Shown here piece after piece: positions 39,168 through 48,507 of a DNA stretch of 64,000 nucleotides (the stretch's first letter is position 1; each line of letters starts with the position of its first letter). Location: positions 16,438 to 80,437 of the forward strand of contig JAHIPV010000017.1 of assembly GCA_018902845.1 (NCBI GenBank), read 5' to 3'. Origin of the DNA: Patescibacteria group bacterium. GTDB taxonomy: Bacteria; Patescibacteriota; Microgenomatia; UBA12405. The notes beneath the pieces are model-generated. The model worked only from the letters and a program-made list of their open reading frames with translations. It ran no database searches and was not told the origin of the DNA. Both the position numbers and the translations under genes were made by a program.

Positions 39168-40691
39168 ATGGTTAAAAGTAAAAACACATCAGTAAAATCT
39201 GTTTTTATTTTTGCTACTGTTTTATCAATAATCGCTTGGATTATTTCTTATCGATCGGGCTTTGTACTCACCTATAACGACGCCGCTTCGCATTTGAATA
39301 TTGCAAGGCGGGTAATTGACAACTTAACACCTGGTATTGCCCAAATCGGCACTGTCTGGTTGCCTTTACCTCATTTACTCATGTTGCCGTTGGTCCAAAG
39401 CACTTTTCTTTGGCATACCGCCATAGCCGGAAGTCTTGTTTCCATGGGGGCCTTTATCATAAGCGTTGTATTTATTTATAAGCTCATTTATCTGGTTGGC
39501 AAACACAGATACGGAGCAATTTTAGGCACCTTGGCCATGGCCTTAAATCCCAATTTTCTTTATCTCCAAAGTACTCCAATGACAGAACCGTTATTTTTGG
39601 CTACCTTGATAGTGTCTGTTTATTATCTAGCTAAATATGTTCAAAACAAAAAAATTCTCGACTTAGTATTGACCGGAACATTTGTAATGATGACAACTTT
39701 AGTTAGATATGATGGCTGGTTTTTATTTGTTTATTTACTCGCCTTATTGCCTGTTTGGGGTTATTTTACACTTGGCAAAAAACGAACTGAAGGTATTTTT
39801 TTCTTGTTTGCCAGTATTGGAGGTTTTGGCATTTTACTTTGGCTATTATGGAACTGGGCTATTTTCAGCGATCCCATTTATTTTATGACTGGACCTTATT
39901 CTGCCCACGCCCAGCAGGAAGTTTTACAAAGCGTAGGACAGTTGCCAACTAAAGGCAATCTTTTTACCGCCTCTTCTTATTTTGTTTGGTCAATTATTGC
40001 CAACAATGGAATTGTTTTAACTTTAACCGGAGGGATCGGAATATTAGCAACACTCCTTATTTTAAAAAAGAAAAAGCAAATACTTAGTCTTTTGGCTATT
40101 TCTTCTCCTCTTCTTTTTAATATACTGGCTTTATATATGGGGCATTCAGCCATGAATGTGCCTCAAGCCACTCTTAATCCAGGTTATTTTAATATTCGCT
40201 ATGGACTGCTTGTGTTGCCTGTAATTGCTTTTGTAGTTGGCATATTGGCTTCCGTCAAGCCTTTTGGTTGGATAATGTTTGGTTTAATCACAATTCAAAC
40301 ATTATTATTCATTCCTCAAGGCAAACCGGTTGTTTTAATTGATGGTCTTAGAGGATTAAAAAATACATACCATACTGTTGAAGCCAGTCAGTGGTTGGCA
40401 GAAAATTACCAAAAAGGATTGATACTTACCAGCCTAGCTTCTCACGATGCTTTTGTAGCCAGAACAGGCCTACCGATGAAACTTTATATTCACGAAGGCA
40501 CCAGAGAGCATTGGCAGGAAGCTTTAAAAATGCCATCAAAAAAGGTCTCTTATATTGCCCTAATTTCTTATCCGCCTGATGTTGTTTACAAAGCGTTGGA
40601 AAACAATTCGGATTTCAAGAAAAATTATAAATTAGTACACAGCTATGGAACTTTTGAGATATATGAATTGCAAAATGAAAAAAATAATTAA
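39168..40691 (+). CDS. GT-C fold membrane glycosyltransferase, paralog of the upstream gene
   Basis: YNDAASHLNIARR, WLPLPH, MTEP, RYDGW. Confidence 0.8.
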   Translation: MVKSKNTSVKSVFIFATVLSIIAWIISYRSGFVLTYNDAASHLNIARRVIDNLTPGIAQIGTVWLPLPHLLMLPLVQSTFLWHTAIAGSLVSMGAFIISVVFIYKLIYLVGKHRYGAILGTLAMALNPNFLYLQSTPMTEPLFLATLIVSVYYLAKYVQNKKILDLVLTGTFVMMTTLVRYDGWFLFVYLLALLPVWGYFTLGKKRTEGIFFLFASIGGFGILLWLLWNWAIFSDPIYFMTGPYSAHAQQEVLQSVGQLPTKGNLFTASSYFVWSIIANNGIVLTLTGGIGILATLLILKKKKQILSLLAISSPLLFNILALYMGHSAMNVPQATLNPGYFNIRYGLLVLPVIAFVVGILASVKPFGWIMFGLITIQTLLFIPQGKPVVLIDGLRGLKNTYHTVEASQWLAENYQKGLILTSLASHDAFVARTGLPMKLYIHEGTREHWQEALKMPSKKVSYIALISYPPDVVYKALENNSDFKKNYKLVHSYGTFEIYELQNEKNN

Positions 40692-41934
40692 GTTATTTAC
40701 TTATATTGTTGTGGTTTTTTCTTTTTTTCTTGGTCCTAACTTTACCTATGCTTCTAACACACATCCCGAACTTTGGCCTGTTCGTTCTATAGACACAATG
40801 AAAACATCACGAGACAAAGCGCGGGCTGAATTAAACAATCCCGATTTTGATACTCAAATAGAAAAAGAACTCACACTTATAAAAGAAATAGGGGCAAATT
40901 ATGTGGCCATAGATACTCCATACGACAAAGAATTTCTTCCCTTTTTAAAAAGATGGATAAGTTTAGCCCGCAAAATGGGGCTAAAAGTTTGGTTTCGCGG
41001 CAATTGGTCCAATTGGGAAGGCTGGTTTGAATATGAAAAAAACATGACTCCACAGGAACACATTAGAAAAACAGTTGAGTTTATAGAAACCAATCCGGAT
41101 TTATTTGAAGATGGCGACGCCTTTGATCCTTGTCCGGAATGCGAAAATTCGGGGTGGTGGAAACAGCCTCAAGATGACGAAAAATATAATCAATTTATTC
41201 AGAATCAGCGTATAGCGGTAAAAACATCTTTTTCCAAAATAAAAAAAGATGTACATAGCAACTGGTTTTCCATTATTGGAGGTCGTGCCAAGGAAGTATT
41301 AAACAAAAAAACATTTAAAACATTAGACAATCTGGTCACTATTGATCATTACATTAAAGATCCTTTGGGAATGGGTGAATACATTGATTACTTTTCTCAA
41401 AACTTTGACACAAAAGTATTGCTTGGAGAATTCGGCGCTCCTATTCCAGACATCAACGGAGACATGGATGAAACAGAACAAGCAGAATTTATAAATCAAC
41501 TTTTTATACAATTTTATAAACATAAAGATAATGTGCTGGGGATGAACTACTGGGTAATTACCGATGGAACAACTAGTTTGCTTAACAGTGACGGTACAAC
41601 CCGTCAGGCATTTGAAATAATTAAAAATTACTATATTCCAGGTGTCATCAAAGGAACAATTAAAAACACACTAGGTGATCGGTTGAAAAACATATCAATC
41701 AAAACCAGCGATGGGTTAAACAGCGCTATTACAGACCGCAAAGGAAGTTACAAAATGATTGTCCCAGCCGGTGATACCACTATTTTAATTAACCAATCAA
41801 AATACGATCAAGCAACAGACAAAATCACTATTTCCCACGGAAGCGAAATCACCAAAGACATCATTCTAACTCCAAAAACCCCGTCGATTCTCTACAAACT
41901 CCGCCTTTTTTTAAAGAAAAAATTTAATCTATAA
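40645..41934 (+). CDS. Secreted TIM-barrel glycoside hydrolase-like protein with C-terminal beta-sandwich (carboxypeptidase-regulatory-like)
   Basis: Signal peptide (start probably ~40675); GLKVWFR, IDHY, LGEFG clan GH-A-like motifs; TDRKGSY domain. Confidence 0.65.
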   Translation: MELLRYMNCKMKKIIKLFTYIVVVFSFFLGPNFTYASNTHPELWPVRSIDTMKTSRDKARAELNNPDFDTQIEKELTLIKEIGANYVAIDTPYDKEFLPFLKRWISLARKMGLKVWFRGNWSNWEGWFEYEKNMTPQEHIRKTVEFIETNPDLFEDGDAFDPCPECENSGWWKQPQDDEKYNQFIQNQRIAVKTSFSKIKKDVHSNWFSIIGGRAKEVLNKKTFKTLDNLVTIDHYIKDPLGMGEYIDYFSQNFDTKVLLGEFGAPIPDINGDMDETEQAEFINQLFIQFYKHKDNVLGMNYWVITDGTTSLLNSDGTTRQAFEIIKNYYIPGVIKGTIKNTLGDRLKNISIKTSDGLNSAITDRKGSYKMIVPAGDTTILINQSKYDQATDKITISHGSEITKDIILTPKTPSILYKLRLFLKKKFNL

Positions 41935-41983
41935 AAATAAGAAATAATAGGCAATATTATATCAACAGAAGCCTAGAGAGATC

Positions 41984-42277
41984 TTAGAAGCCTTTTAAAA
42001 AGTCCGAAAGGGTTAATCCAAGAACATGTGCAAGTCTCCAGACAGTGTGAAGACTAGGTGAATAATAACCTTGTTCAATCTTGTTTACATATGTCCGATA
42101 ATAACCTGCATTTAAAGATAGATTTTCTTGGCTAATTCCTCTCTTTTCTCTAATCTTTCTTAAATATTTGCCAAACTCTATACCAAATCGCCCTTTTTCA
42201 GTTTTTCTGTCTTTTTGTGTATCAATAGTGGATGGTTTCACATCTTTATTACAAGACAACCACAACAGTAATACCAC
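41984..42277 (-). CDS. XRE-family HTH regulator
   Basis: LRKIREKRGISQENLS...YVNKIEQG..SPSL. Confidence 0.85.
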   Translation of the reverse strand: MVLLLWLSCNKDVKPSTIDTQKDRKTEKGRFGIEFGKYLRKIREKRGISQENLSLNAGYYRTYVNKIEQGYYSPSLHTVWRLAHVLGLTLSDFLKGF

Positions 42278-42295
42278 GCACTAGTATGGTAGTAA

Positions 42296-43738
42296 GTGGT
42301 AAAATATGAAATGAGAAGCAGGGTTGACCAACTAGTTTTAGCCAGAAGGATTATTTTCTTAGTTGTATTGTTGGTTTTAGCTATACCTTATGGACAGATC
42401 GCGAGAGCTGAAGAAGTTATTTATAACTTTAAAATTACGGCGACAAACCCCACAAACGGCGAAAACAGTGTTCCAACTAATTTAAAGGATGGTAACTGCC
42501 AAAACCAGTATTGTGCCTTAATGGTTGGCCTAGGAAACTCAGATAAAAGCCCAATGGGGCATGGTTATCCGTTTTTAGTACCGGATTCAATTAATACTTC
42601 AACCATTCAAATTACTGGGTCTAACAACCCGTCTCAAATAAAGGTTATGGGAGAATCAGAAGGAGGAGGCGATGATAGCTTTTACCATTCAAACGCCCTG
42701 TTTCTATTTAACTCATTGGGTAATCTTTATTATCTTGAGCCAAATTCAACTTATTCGGTAACCTTTAAAGGAGGAACGAGTGGGGTAAAGGCCCAATATG
42801 ATTATGGTGAATATTTTGCGTATTTAGATCAAGATTATACTTTTAGTTTTACGACAGGAAACGGACCGTCAAGAACAAACGAAGATTATCCTACACTAAC
42901 GGCGAGACCAACACTAACACCAAGCGTTTCCTTAAAGAATGATTCTGTAGAAGTTAGGCTAACTTCTACTCCAATACCCATGTTAATTGATAAAAAAGAT
43001 AATATTCCCACGACAAGTAAACTCACCGTTACTTCCAGTGCTTCACCGACAATCTCTATTCCCGCAAAAAAGGAAGATGACATTACTGTTACTTCGGATG
43101 ATTTTAAAAGTTCTAGCAAAATAACATTTTGGCAAAGAATAAAAAATTATTGGACCAATTTTATAAATAAGTTGTTTAAAAAAACTAAAAAAAAAGAAGT
43201 AACAATAAAAAACATTGCCCCTGCGCCTTCTGTGATTCAAGGGACACCAACGCTAATACCAGCGAATACGATAGCCCCTCTTCCTACAAAGAAACCCTTA
43301 CCCACAATCAATACTAAACCTCTGTCTATTATTAATGAAAATGTACTTAAAAACGAATTTGGAATAAGTGATTTGGGTGTAATTGCGTCCATTCTTGATA
43401 GCTCTGAACAACTTGAAAAATACGAGAGAGAATATTATCAAAAAAATAAAAAATGGCCAAAGCAAGAGTCAACAAATCAAAAATTAAGAATATTTATCCC
43501 TAGTATCAATGCTACAAAAACATGTCAAGGAAGTAATGTTGTTGAGGTTAAGAACGCATCTATAGGTGTAGACAATGCAAAGGTTAAGAGGGATGAATGT
43601 TTTCGTAACGGAGGTGAAAAAAAAGAAGGAATGAGTTTGGATGAACAAATTGCCAGTTTTCAAAAAGGCTGTTATCAAAAAGATTACTCGGTAGCAAAAG
43701 ACACACTAGATGAATTATTAAGTAAATATTGCCGATAA
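42296..43738 (+). CDS. Secreted Ig-like (Big_5-like) protein with Pro/Thr-rich stalks
   Basis: Signal peptide; ITATNPTNGENSVPTN...LEPNSTYSV...DYTFSFTTG. Confidence 0.6.
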   Translation: MVKYEMRSRVDQLVLARRIIFLVVLLVLAIPYGQIARAEEVIYNFKITATNPTNGENSVPTNLKDGNCQNQYCALMVGLGNSDKSPMGHGYPFLVPDSINTSTIQITGSNNPSQIKVMGESEGGGDDSFYHSNALFLFNSLGNLYYLEPNSTYSVTFKGGTSGVKAQYDYGEYFAYLDQDYTFSFTTGNGPSRTNEDYPTLTARPTLTPSVSLKNDSVEVRLTSTPIPMLIDKKDNIPTTSKLTVTSSASPTISIPAKKEDDITVTSDDFKSSSKITFWQRIKNYWTNFINKLFKKTKKKEVTIKNIAPAPSVIQGTPTLIPANTIAPLPTKKPLPTINTKPLSIINENVLKNEFGISDLGVIASILDSSEQLEKYEREYYQKNKKWPKQESTNQKLRIFIPSINATKTCQGSNVVEVKNASIGVDNAKVKRDECFRNGGEKKEGMSLDEQIASFQKGCYQKDYSVAKDTLDELLSKYCR

Positions 43739-43770
43739 ACAAATGACATCAAAAAGTATCAAATCCAAAA

Positions 43771-44472
43771 ATGAATAAATTAAAAAACATTGCCAAGTGG
43801 ATTCTATTCTTACCTATTAGCCAATTATTATTTTTCCTAGTGTATATCATGCTTTCGTATGGATATATGGTCGTCTGGGAATTCATAAAAAATCAAAACT
43901 TTGTAATTTTGATCCTTCTACTTCCCGCAATTATTTCGGCAGTTGTATCAATTACCTTTTATTTAAACCTTTTTTCTGCCTTTATTACAGAATTAATCTC
44001 TCCTAACAAAACAACTTACTTTTTATCTTTTGGTCTTTTAGTTTTTCGTCGCTTGAAAACAACAATCACCTATTCTCCAGTAGCCACAACCACCGACAAT
44101 GCTCGCATAATAGATATGCCTATGCCAATGCTACTAATTGTCTACTCGGCTCAGTTATTAATAGTTCTAATTTATGGTCTCTTTAAATATCACAATAAAA
44201 GCGACTCAGACTCCAAAAAGCCAATTTTAACCATACCCGCAAACGATCCTACTAAGAAAAATATAGGTGAACACAATAAAAATATTCTCATAAAACATAA
44301 GCCCCAACCATACAACCCGATAGAGTTCCCGACACTGGTAAAGTACAACGACCAGCAGATCGAGGACGCAATCCAGAAATTGATGAAAGAACACGGCATG
44401 ACGAGACACCAGTGTCTGGTGAATCTGGAGCAGGACTTAAGCGAGATAGAGGCAAGAGCGACAGGGAAGTAG
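43771..44472 (+). CDS. Hypothetical membrane protein
   Basis: Several N-terminal TM helices. Confidence 0.6.
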   Translation: MNKLKNIAKWILFLPISQLLFFLVYIMLSYGYMVVWEFIKNQNFVILILLLPAIISAVVSITFYLNLFSAFITELISPNKTTYFLSFGLLVFRRLKTTITYSPVATTTDNARIIDMPMPMLLIVYSAQLLIVLIYGLFKYHNKSDSDSKKPILTIPANDPTKKNIGEHNKNILIKHKPQPYNPIEFPTLVKYNDQQIEDAIQKLMKEHGMTRHQCLVNLEQDLSEIEARATGK

Positions 44473-44488
44473 GTATAATAAGTATAAA

Positions 44489-45094
44489 ATGAAAAAAAAT
44501 ATTTTATTTAAAATTCCAATTTTATTAATTGGTTTGTTTGTTGGTTACAATTTAAGAACCAAGCAGGTAATTAAAACTAAAGGATCAGTAATATCTAAAT
44601 CAGTTTGTGATGAAGTAATGAAAAGGGTAGTTTTAGATCCTGTTAAAAAATATGAAGGTAAACCTGCTAAGGTAGACTTTTCAACCGATGATTTTGCGGC
44701 ACAGTTTCATACTGCGATTACAAATCAAGTTGCTTTAGGTCCAAACTTTGCCGGACACTATACTTTTGCAACATGGGGATGTGGAACAAGTTGTTTAAGT
44801 TATGCAATTGTAGATTCCATATCTGGAAAAATAGTTTTATCTGATGGTGCTCTTGAAGAAGAGCACCTTACACCGCATTTTGATATTAATAGTCGGTTAT
44901 TAGTATTTAATTCTAAAGATGACTTTGAGCAATATAAGGGTAAAAATATTAACGAGATTCTTGATAAAGACAGGTTTGATTTTGATGGTTTAAGCCGAAC
45001 ATATTATGAACTTGTGGATGAAGGAAATTGGGATAGGGTTTGGTTAAATAAAATATGCACTGAAAGTGTCCTAGATGGAATCTATAATTATTAA
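44489..45094 (+). CDS. Hypothetical exported protein
   Basis: N-terminal anchor; PNFAGHY...WGCGTSC motif. Confidence 0.6.
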   Translation: MKKNILFKIPILLIGLFVGYNLRTKQVIKTKGSVISKSVCDEVMKRVVLDPVKKYEGKPAKVDFSTDDFAAQFHTAITNQVALGPNFAGHYTFATWGCGTSCLSYAIVDSISGKIVLSDGALEEEHLTPHFDINSRLLVFNSKDDFEQYKGKNINEILDKDRFDFDGLSRTYYELVDEGNWDRVWLNKICTESVLDGIYNY

Positions 45095-45698
45095 TATCTT
45101 GGTAAGTCAAATAACAAAAAATGAAAAAAACAAAATTTATTTAGCAGTAGTCTCAATATTAGTTATAGTTGGATTATTTTTATTTAAATACAAAAACAAC
45201 AACAAAGTTATTGTTGACCAAATTCAAACCAATACCCCAGAAGAGCCGGTACCGACAAAGACAAAACCAATCGTATTTACCCAAGAACAATTAGATGAGT
45301 ACTATCAAACAACTAAAAATCCATATGTACTTCATATCAGAAAAGTCTTGGATGGTTATTTAAATGGCAAAAATATTGGGATGGCTTCTCCAGAACTTGT
45401 TATTGAAACGCACAAAGTAGAGGAATATACGGCTGGATTATCTTCAATTGACAAAGAATACTACAAGAGTAAATTTATTGTATTTTCAATGAATGACAGT
45501 ATTGCAGGTGGAGTAGAGGTCTCAATTATATTTCAAGATAAACCAGATAAACTATTTACAGTTTGGGTGTATCAATTAGCTGGTGGTGAATATGATTTTC
45601 GGTCAATAAGAGATAATCCCAAATTCACTTTAGAAAAAATGAAAGAAATACAGATATTGTACAAAACTATCCTTGAAGACGAGGTTCATTCAATTTAA
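45075..45698 (+). CDS. Hypothetical single-pass membrane protein
   Basis: N-terminal TM helix, Pro/Thr linker. Confidence 0.55.
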   Translation: MESIIINILVSQITKNEKNKIYLAVVSILVIVGLFLFKYKNNNKVIVDQIQTNTPEEPVPTKTKPIVFTQEQLDEYYQTTKNPYVLHIRKVLDGYLNGKNIGMASPELVIETHKVEEYTAGLSSIDKEYYKSKFIVFSMNDSIAGGVEVSIIFQDKPDKLFTVWVYQLAGGEYDFRSIRDNPKFTLEKMKEIQILYKTILEDEVHSI

Positions 45699-45766
45699 AT
45701 TCACACACAAAGGTCCTAACTTCTCCAGGACACTAGAACACGGCTAGATTTGGAATAAATAAATCT

Positions 45767-47155
45767 ATGAATACAAAATTAAAATCAATTTTCACAAAAG
45801 TTTTCTTTATTTCAAAATGGCTAATTAAATGGATAAGGTGGTTACTTTTTTTACCTTTATCTTTTTTAATCACTGCTGGTGTATATTTCTTACTTGGTGA
45901 AAAATATGCCGAGTTAAAACCCGACTTATTCCTATATCAACCATTAGCCGACCTAGTACCAGGCTTAGAAGCTCCTAATCAGTCAGAATTACTTCCCTAT
46001 CAAATAATATCTGGATTACTACTAGGCTTTGGCTGGATCTTCGTAGGAACAATTATTGCCCCGTCAAAGAAATTTTTTTCATCTTCTGTGTTGTTTTTGT
46101 TAACTACTATATTGATAATTGTATATTCCATATCTTCACCCGATCTTATCGCACCACAACATTTATTTGCCTTTGTTTTCACAATTTTAGCCGTAATTAT
46201 TGCCTATCCTAAAAAAGTCTTGAAATTAATGAAGACCCCCTTTGGGGAATATATTAGGCTTAGTTTGATTCTATCAACGGTTACTATGTTTGGTTTGTTT
46301 TTTTATAACAAAAAAAGTATGAAACTTAACTGGACAATAAATAAAAAGATGGAACAAGAGGAAAAGATGTACCCTGACAGAGTGGCTCTTGATATGAATG
46401 GTGACGGAATATATGAGATGTTAGTCAATCCGGTTATGGCTGACGACTATGAAGAAGCGACTGATTCGGCAAAACCACATCTAACTCTTTACGATAGTGA
46501 AAAAAATATCATTGCAAGAACACCGGAGTGGTTTGGATCAGCACCCAATGCAAGTCATTTGGGTTTTGTTACTCCACCCATAAGTTGCTCGTTAAATGAT
46601 TTTGTACAAATTGATGTAATTGCTGGACCGCACCAAACAGAAACTATGTTTTTAAAACTGAAGGATGATTTATTGCTTCCAATCTGTAAAGTGGAAAATC
46701 CCAAGAACATAGACGATTGTTTATTCTATAACTCTAGCGGAGAATTAGGTGTTGAGGGAGGATTGTTGGGAGGATTAGGGGGTAACAATAAGCTAGGTGT
46801 TGTTGAATATGTAGACGAATATCCTCCTGATAAAAAAGAACTTGGCGATGATATAGAAAACATGATTAGCGAGGTTTTTGGAAATGATGCGACAGAAGCA
46901 ATAAAAATTGCCCAAAGAGAAACGGGTGACAAGGGGTCACGAGTGGCTTGGTCTATCTACATATTTAACGGAGAAATATTTGAACTACAAACAGGAGAAA
47001 ATTACGACGAATATTTTGATTCACTAAAAGAAAACTATGATTTCAGGTCAGAAGCGAAAAAGGATAATAGTCCTAATTTAATTAAAAAATCAAAAATGTC
47101 AAAAGAATCAGTTGAATACACTGAGCTTACGAGAAACTTTTGGACTGATAAATAG
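45767..47155 (+). CDS. Hypothetical multi-TM protein with acidic extracellular domain
   Basis: About 5 TM helices, then a DMNGDG Ca-binding-like loop. Confidence 0.6.
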   Translation: MNTKLKSIFTKVFFISKWLIKWIRWLLFLPLSFLITAGVYFLLGEKYAELKPDLFLYQPLADLVPGLEAPNQSELLPYQIISGLLLGFGWIFVGTIIAPSKKFFSSSVLFLLTTILIIVYSISSPDLIAPQHLFAFVFTILAVIIAYPKKVLKLMKTPFGEYIRLSLILSTVTMFGLFFYNKKSMKLNWTINKKMEQEEKMYPDRVALDMNGDGIYEMLVNPVMADDYEEATDSAKPHLTLYDSEKNIIARTPEWFGSAPNASHLGFVTPPISCSLNDFVQIDVIAGPHQTETMFLKLKDDLLLPICKVENPKNIDDCLFYNSSGELGVEGGLLGGLGGNNKLGVVEYVDEYPPDKKELGDDIENMISEVFGNDATEAIKIAQRETGDKGSRVAWSIYIFNGEIFELQTGENYDEYFDSLKENYDFRSEAKKDNSPNLIKKSKMSKESVEYTELTRNFWTDK

Positions 47156-47184
47156 TCTAAGATATAGACAAATGTTACAATTCG

Positions 47185-47637
47185 GTGATGGCAAGCTGTA
47201 AGGAATTAAGGGGGATCGCAAAAGCCAGACTTAAAAGTGCAAAGATACTTATGAATGTTAATGACTGGCATGGCGCAGCGTATATGCTAGCCTACGCATT
47301 GGAATGCTCTCTAAAGGCCGTAACCTGTAAAACCTTAAATTTGGTTTCTTACCCAGAAAATACAAAAAAGAAAAATATTGACTCCGTTTTTATGACCCAT
47401 AGTTTCCAACAACTCTTGCTCATTTCTGGATTAGAGAATATTTTTAGTTCCAGAGGACCGGCGGAGGCGTGGGATAACTGGGGTAAATTTACTATAGAAT
47501 ATCCTGCTAATTGGCCTCAAATTAGATATAATACTGACCTTGTTTGGGATGAAGAAAAAGTCGAGAAGCTATACGACTATCTCTTGGAATCAAGATTTGG
47601 AATAATAAGTATAATTAGGAAGAGGAGAAAATGGTAA
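47185..47637 (+). CDS. HEPN-domain protein
   Basis: ARLKSAKIL...AAYMLAYALECSLKA...THS..LL...IRY. Confidence 0.75.
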   Translation: MMASCKELRGIAKARLKSAKILMNVNDWHGAAYMLAYALECSLKAVTCKTLNLVSYPENTKKKNIDSVFMTHSFQQLLLISGLENIFSSRGPAEAWDNWGKFTIEYPANWPQIRYNTDLVWDEEKVEKLYDYLLESRFGIISIIRKRRKW

Positions 47638-47990
47638 AAATATTTAAAGAAATTCTAGAAGAAATAGTTTCCAGAAAGGGCGAAGTGAATTTGTTCGCTA
47701 TTTTGAAGATGGACGAATATACTGAAAAATGGACCGTTATCTTATCTGCTCCTTGGGTAAATGACGAGAACACAAGAGAGTGTTTCTTGCTATTGAGAAC
47801 CTTTATGATAAAAAAGTTTAGTCGTGAAGAGATGGATAAGATTGCACGGATGGGTGTTTTTACAAAAGACGAACACATAATAACAGAATTATTAAAATTT
47901 AAAGAAGGAACAGTTATCGAGGAAGATGAAAAAATAAATGGGAATTTAGTACACGAAGCGCACATATTGGCCTCAAACTCCAGTCTTTAG
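47631..47990 (+). CDS. HEPN-coupled hypothetical protein (candidate antitoxin/partner)
   Basis: Overlaps the HEPN stop; acidic; WTVILSAPW. Confidence 0.55.
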   Translation: MVKIFKEILEEIVSRKGEVNLFAILKMDEYTEKWTVILSAPWVNDENTRECFLLLRTFMIKKFSREEMDKIARMGVFTKDEHIITELLKFKEGTVIEEDEKINGNLVHEAHILASNSSL

Positions 47991-48088
47991 TATTTTTCGA
48001 GATAAAACCCAAAACTTATAGAAAATTCCTGCACACACAAATAGTAAATAAGTTGATTGTATGAAACACACGAAGTAAGATATGGAAA

Positions 48089-48277
48089 ATGAAAACTGAA
48101 ATATCAATCTTTCTTAAAGATTATGATTGTAATGTAGTTGAGCAAACAGAAAGAGCTAAGGGCACTCGTTATAAAGCCTATGGTTATTTTGATGATATTT
48201 ATCTTGAGACTCAGGGTTCAAGCTTTAATTCTGCACTACGCAGATTAAAACATAAAGCAGAAATGGCATTAGATTAA
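48089..48277 (+). CDS. Small hypothetical protein
   Basis: 62-aa ORF with upstream -10-like TAAGAT. Confidence 0.4.
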   Translation: MKTEISIFLKDYDCNVVEQTERAKGTRYKAYGYFDDIYLETQGSSFNSALRRLKHKAEMALD

Positions 48278-48507
48278 GGTATTTAGAAAGAAAAATGTTG
48301 CAAAATCTGAAGTTTTCGGAAGTACTCTTTTTTTGATGGGACAAATCTAATTCCAAGACCTAAAACAAGAAAAATGTTAGTTTGTTTAAATCCCACACAG
48401 GTCCCTGACTCCTCCAAGGTGGGGGAGCAAAACCAAGTCAATTACGAAATTTTTACCACCCAACCAACACACATAATTATTACCAACAAATAGTCGAATA
48501 CACATCA

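Noticed and set aside
42296-48277. Integron cassette array
   Set aside because: No repeated attC-like sites between the ORFs and no tyrosine integrase
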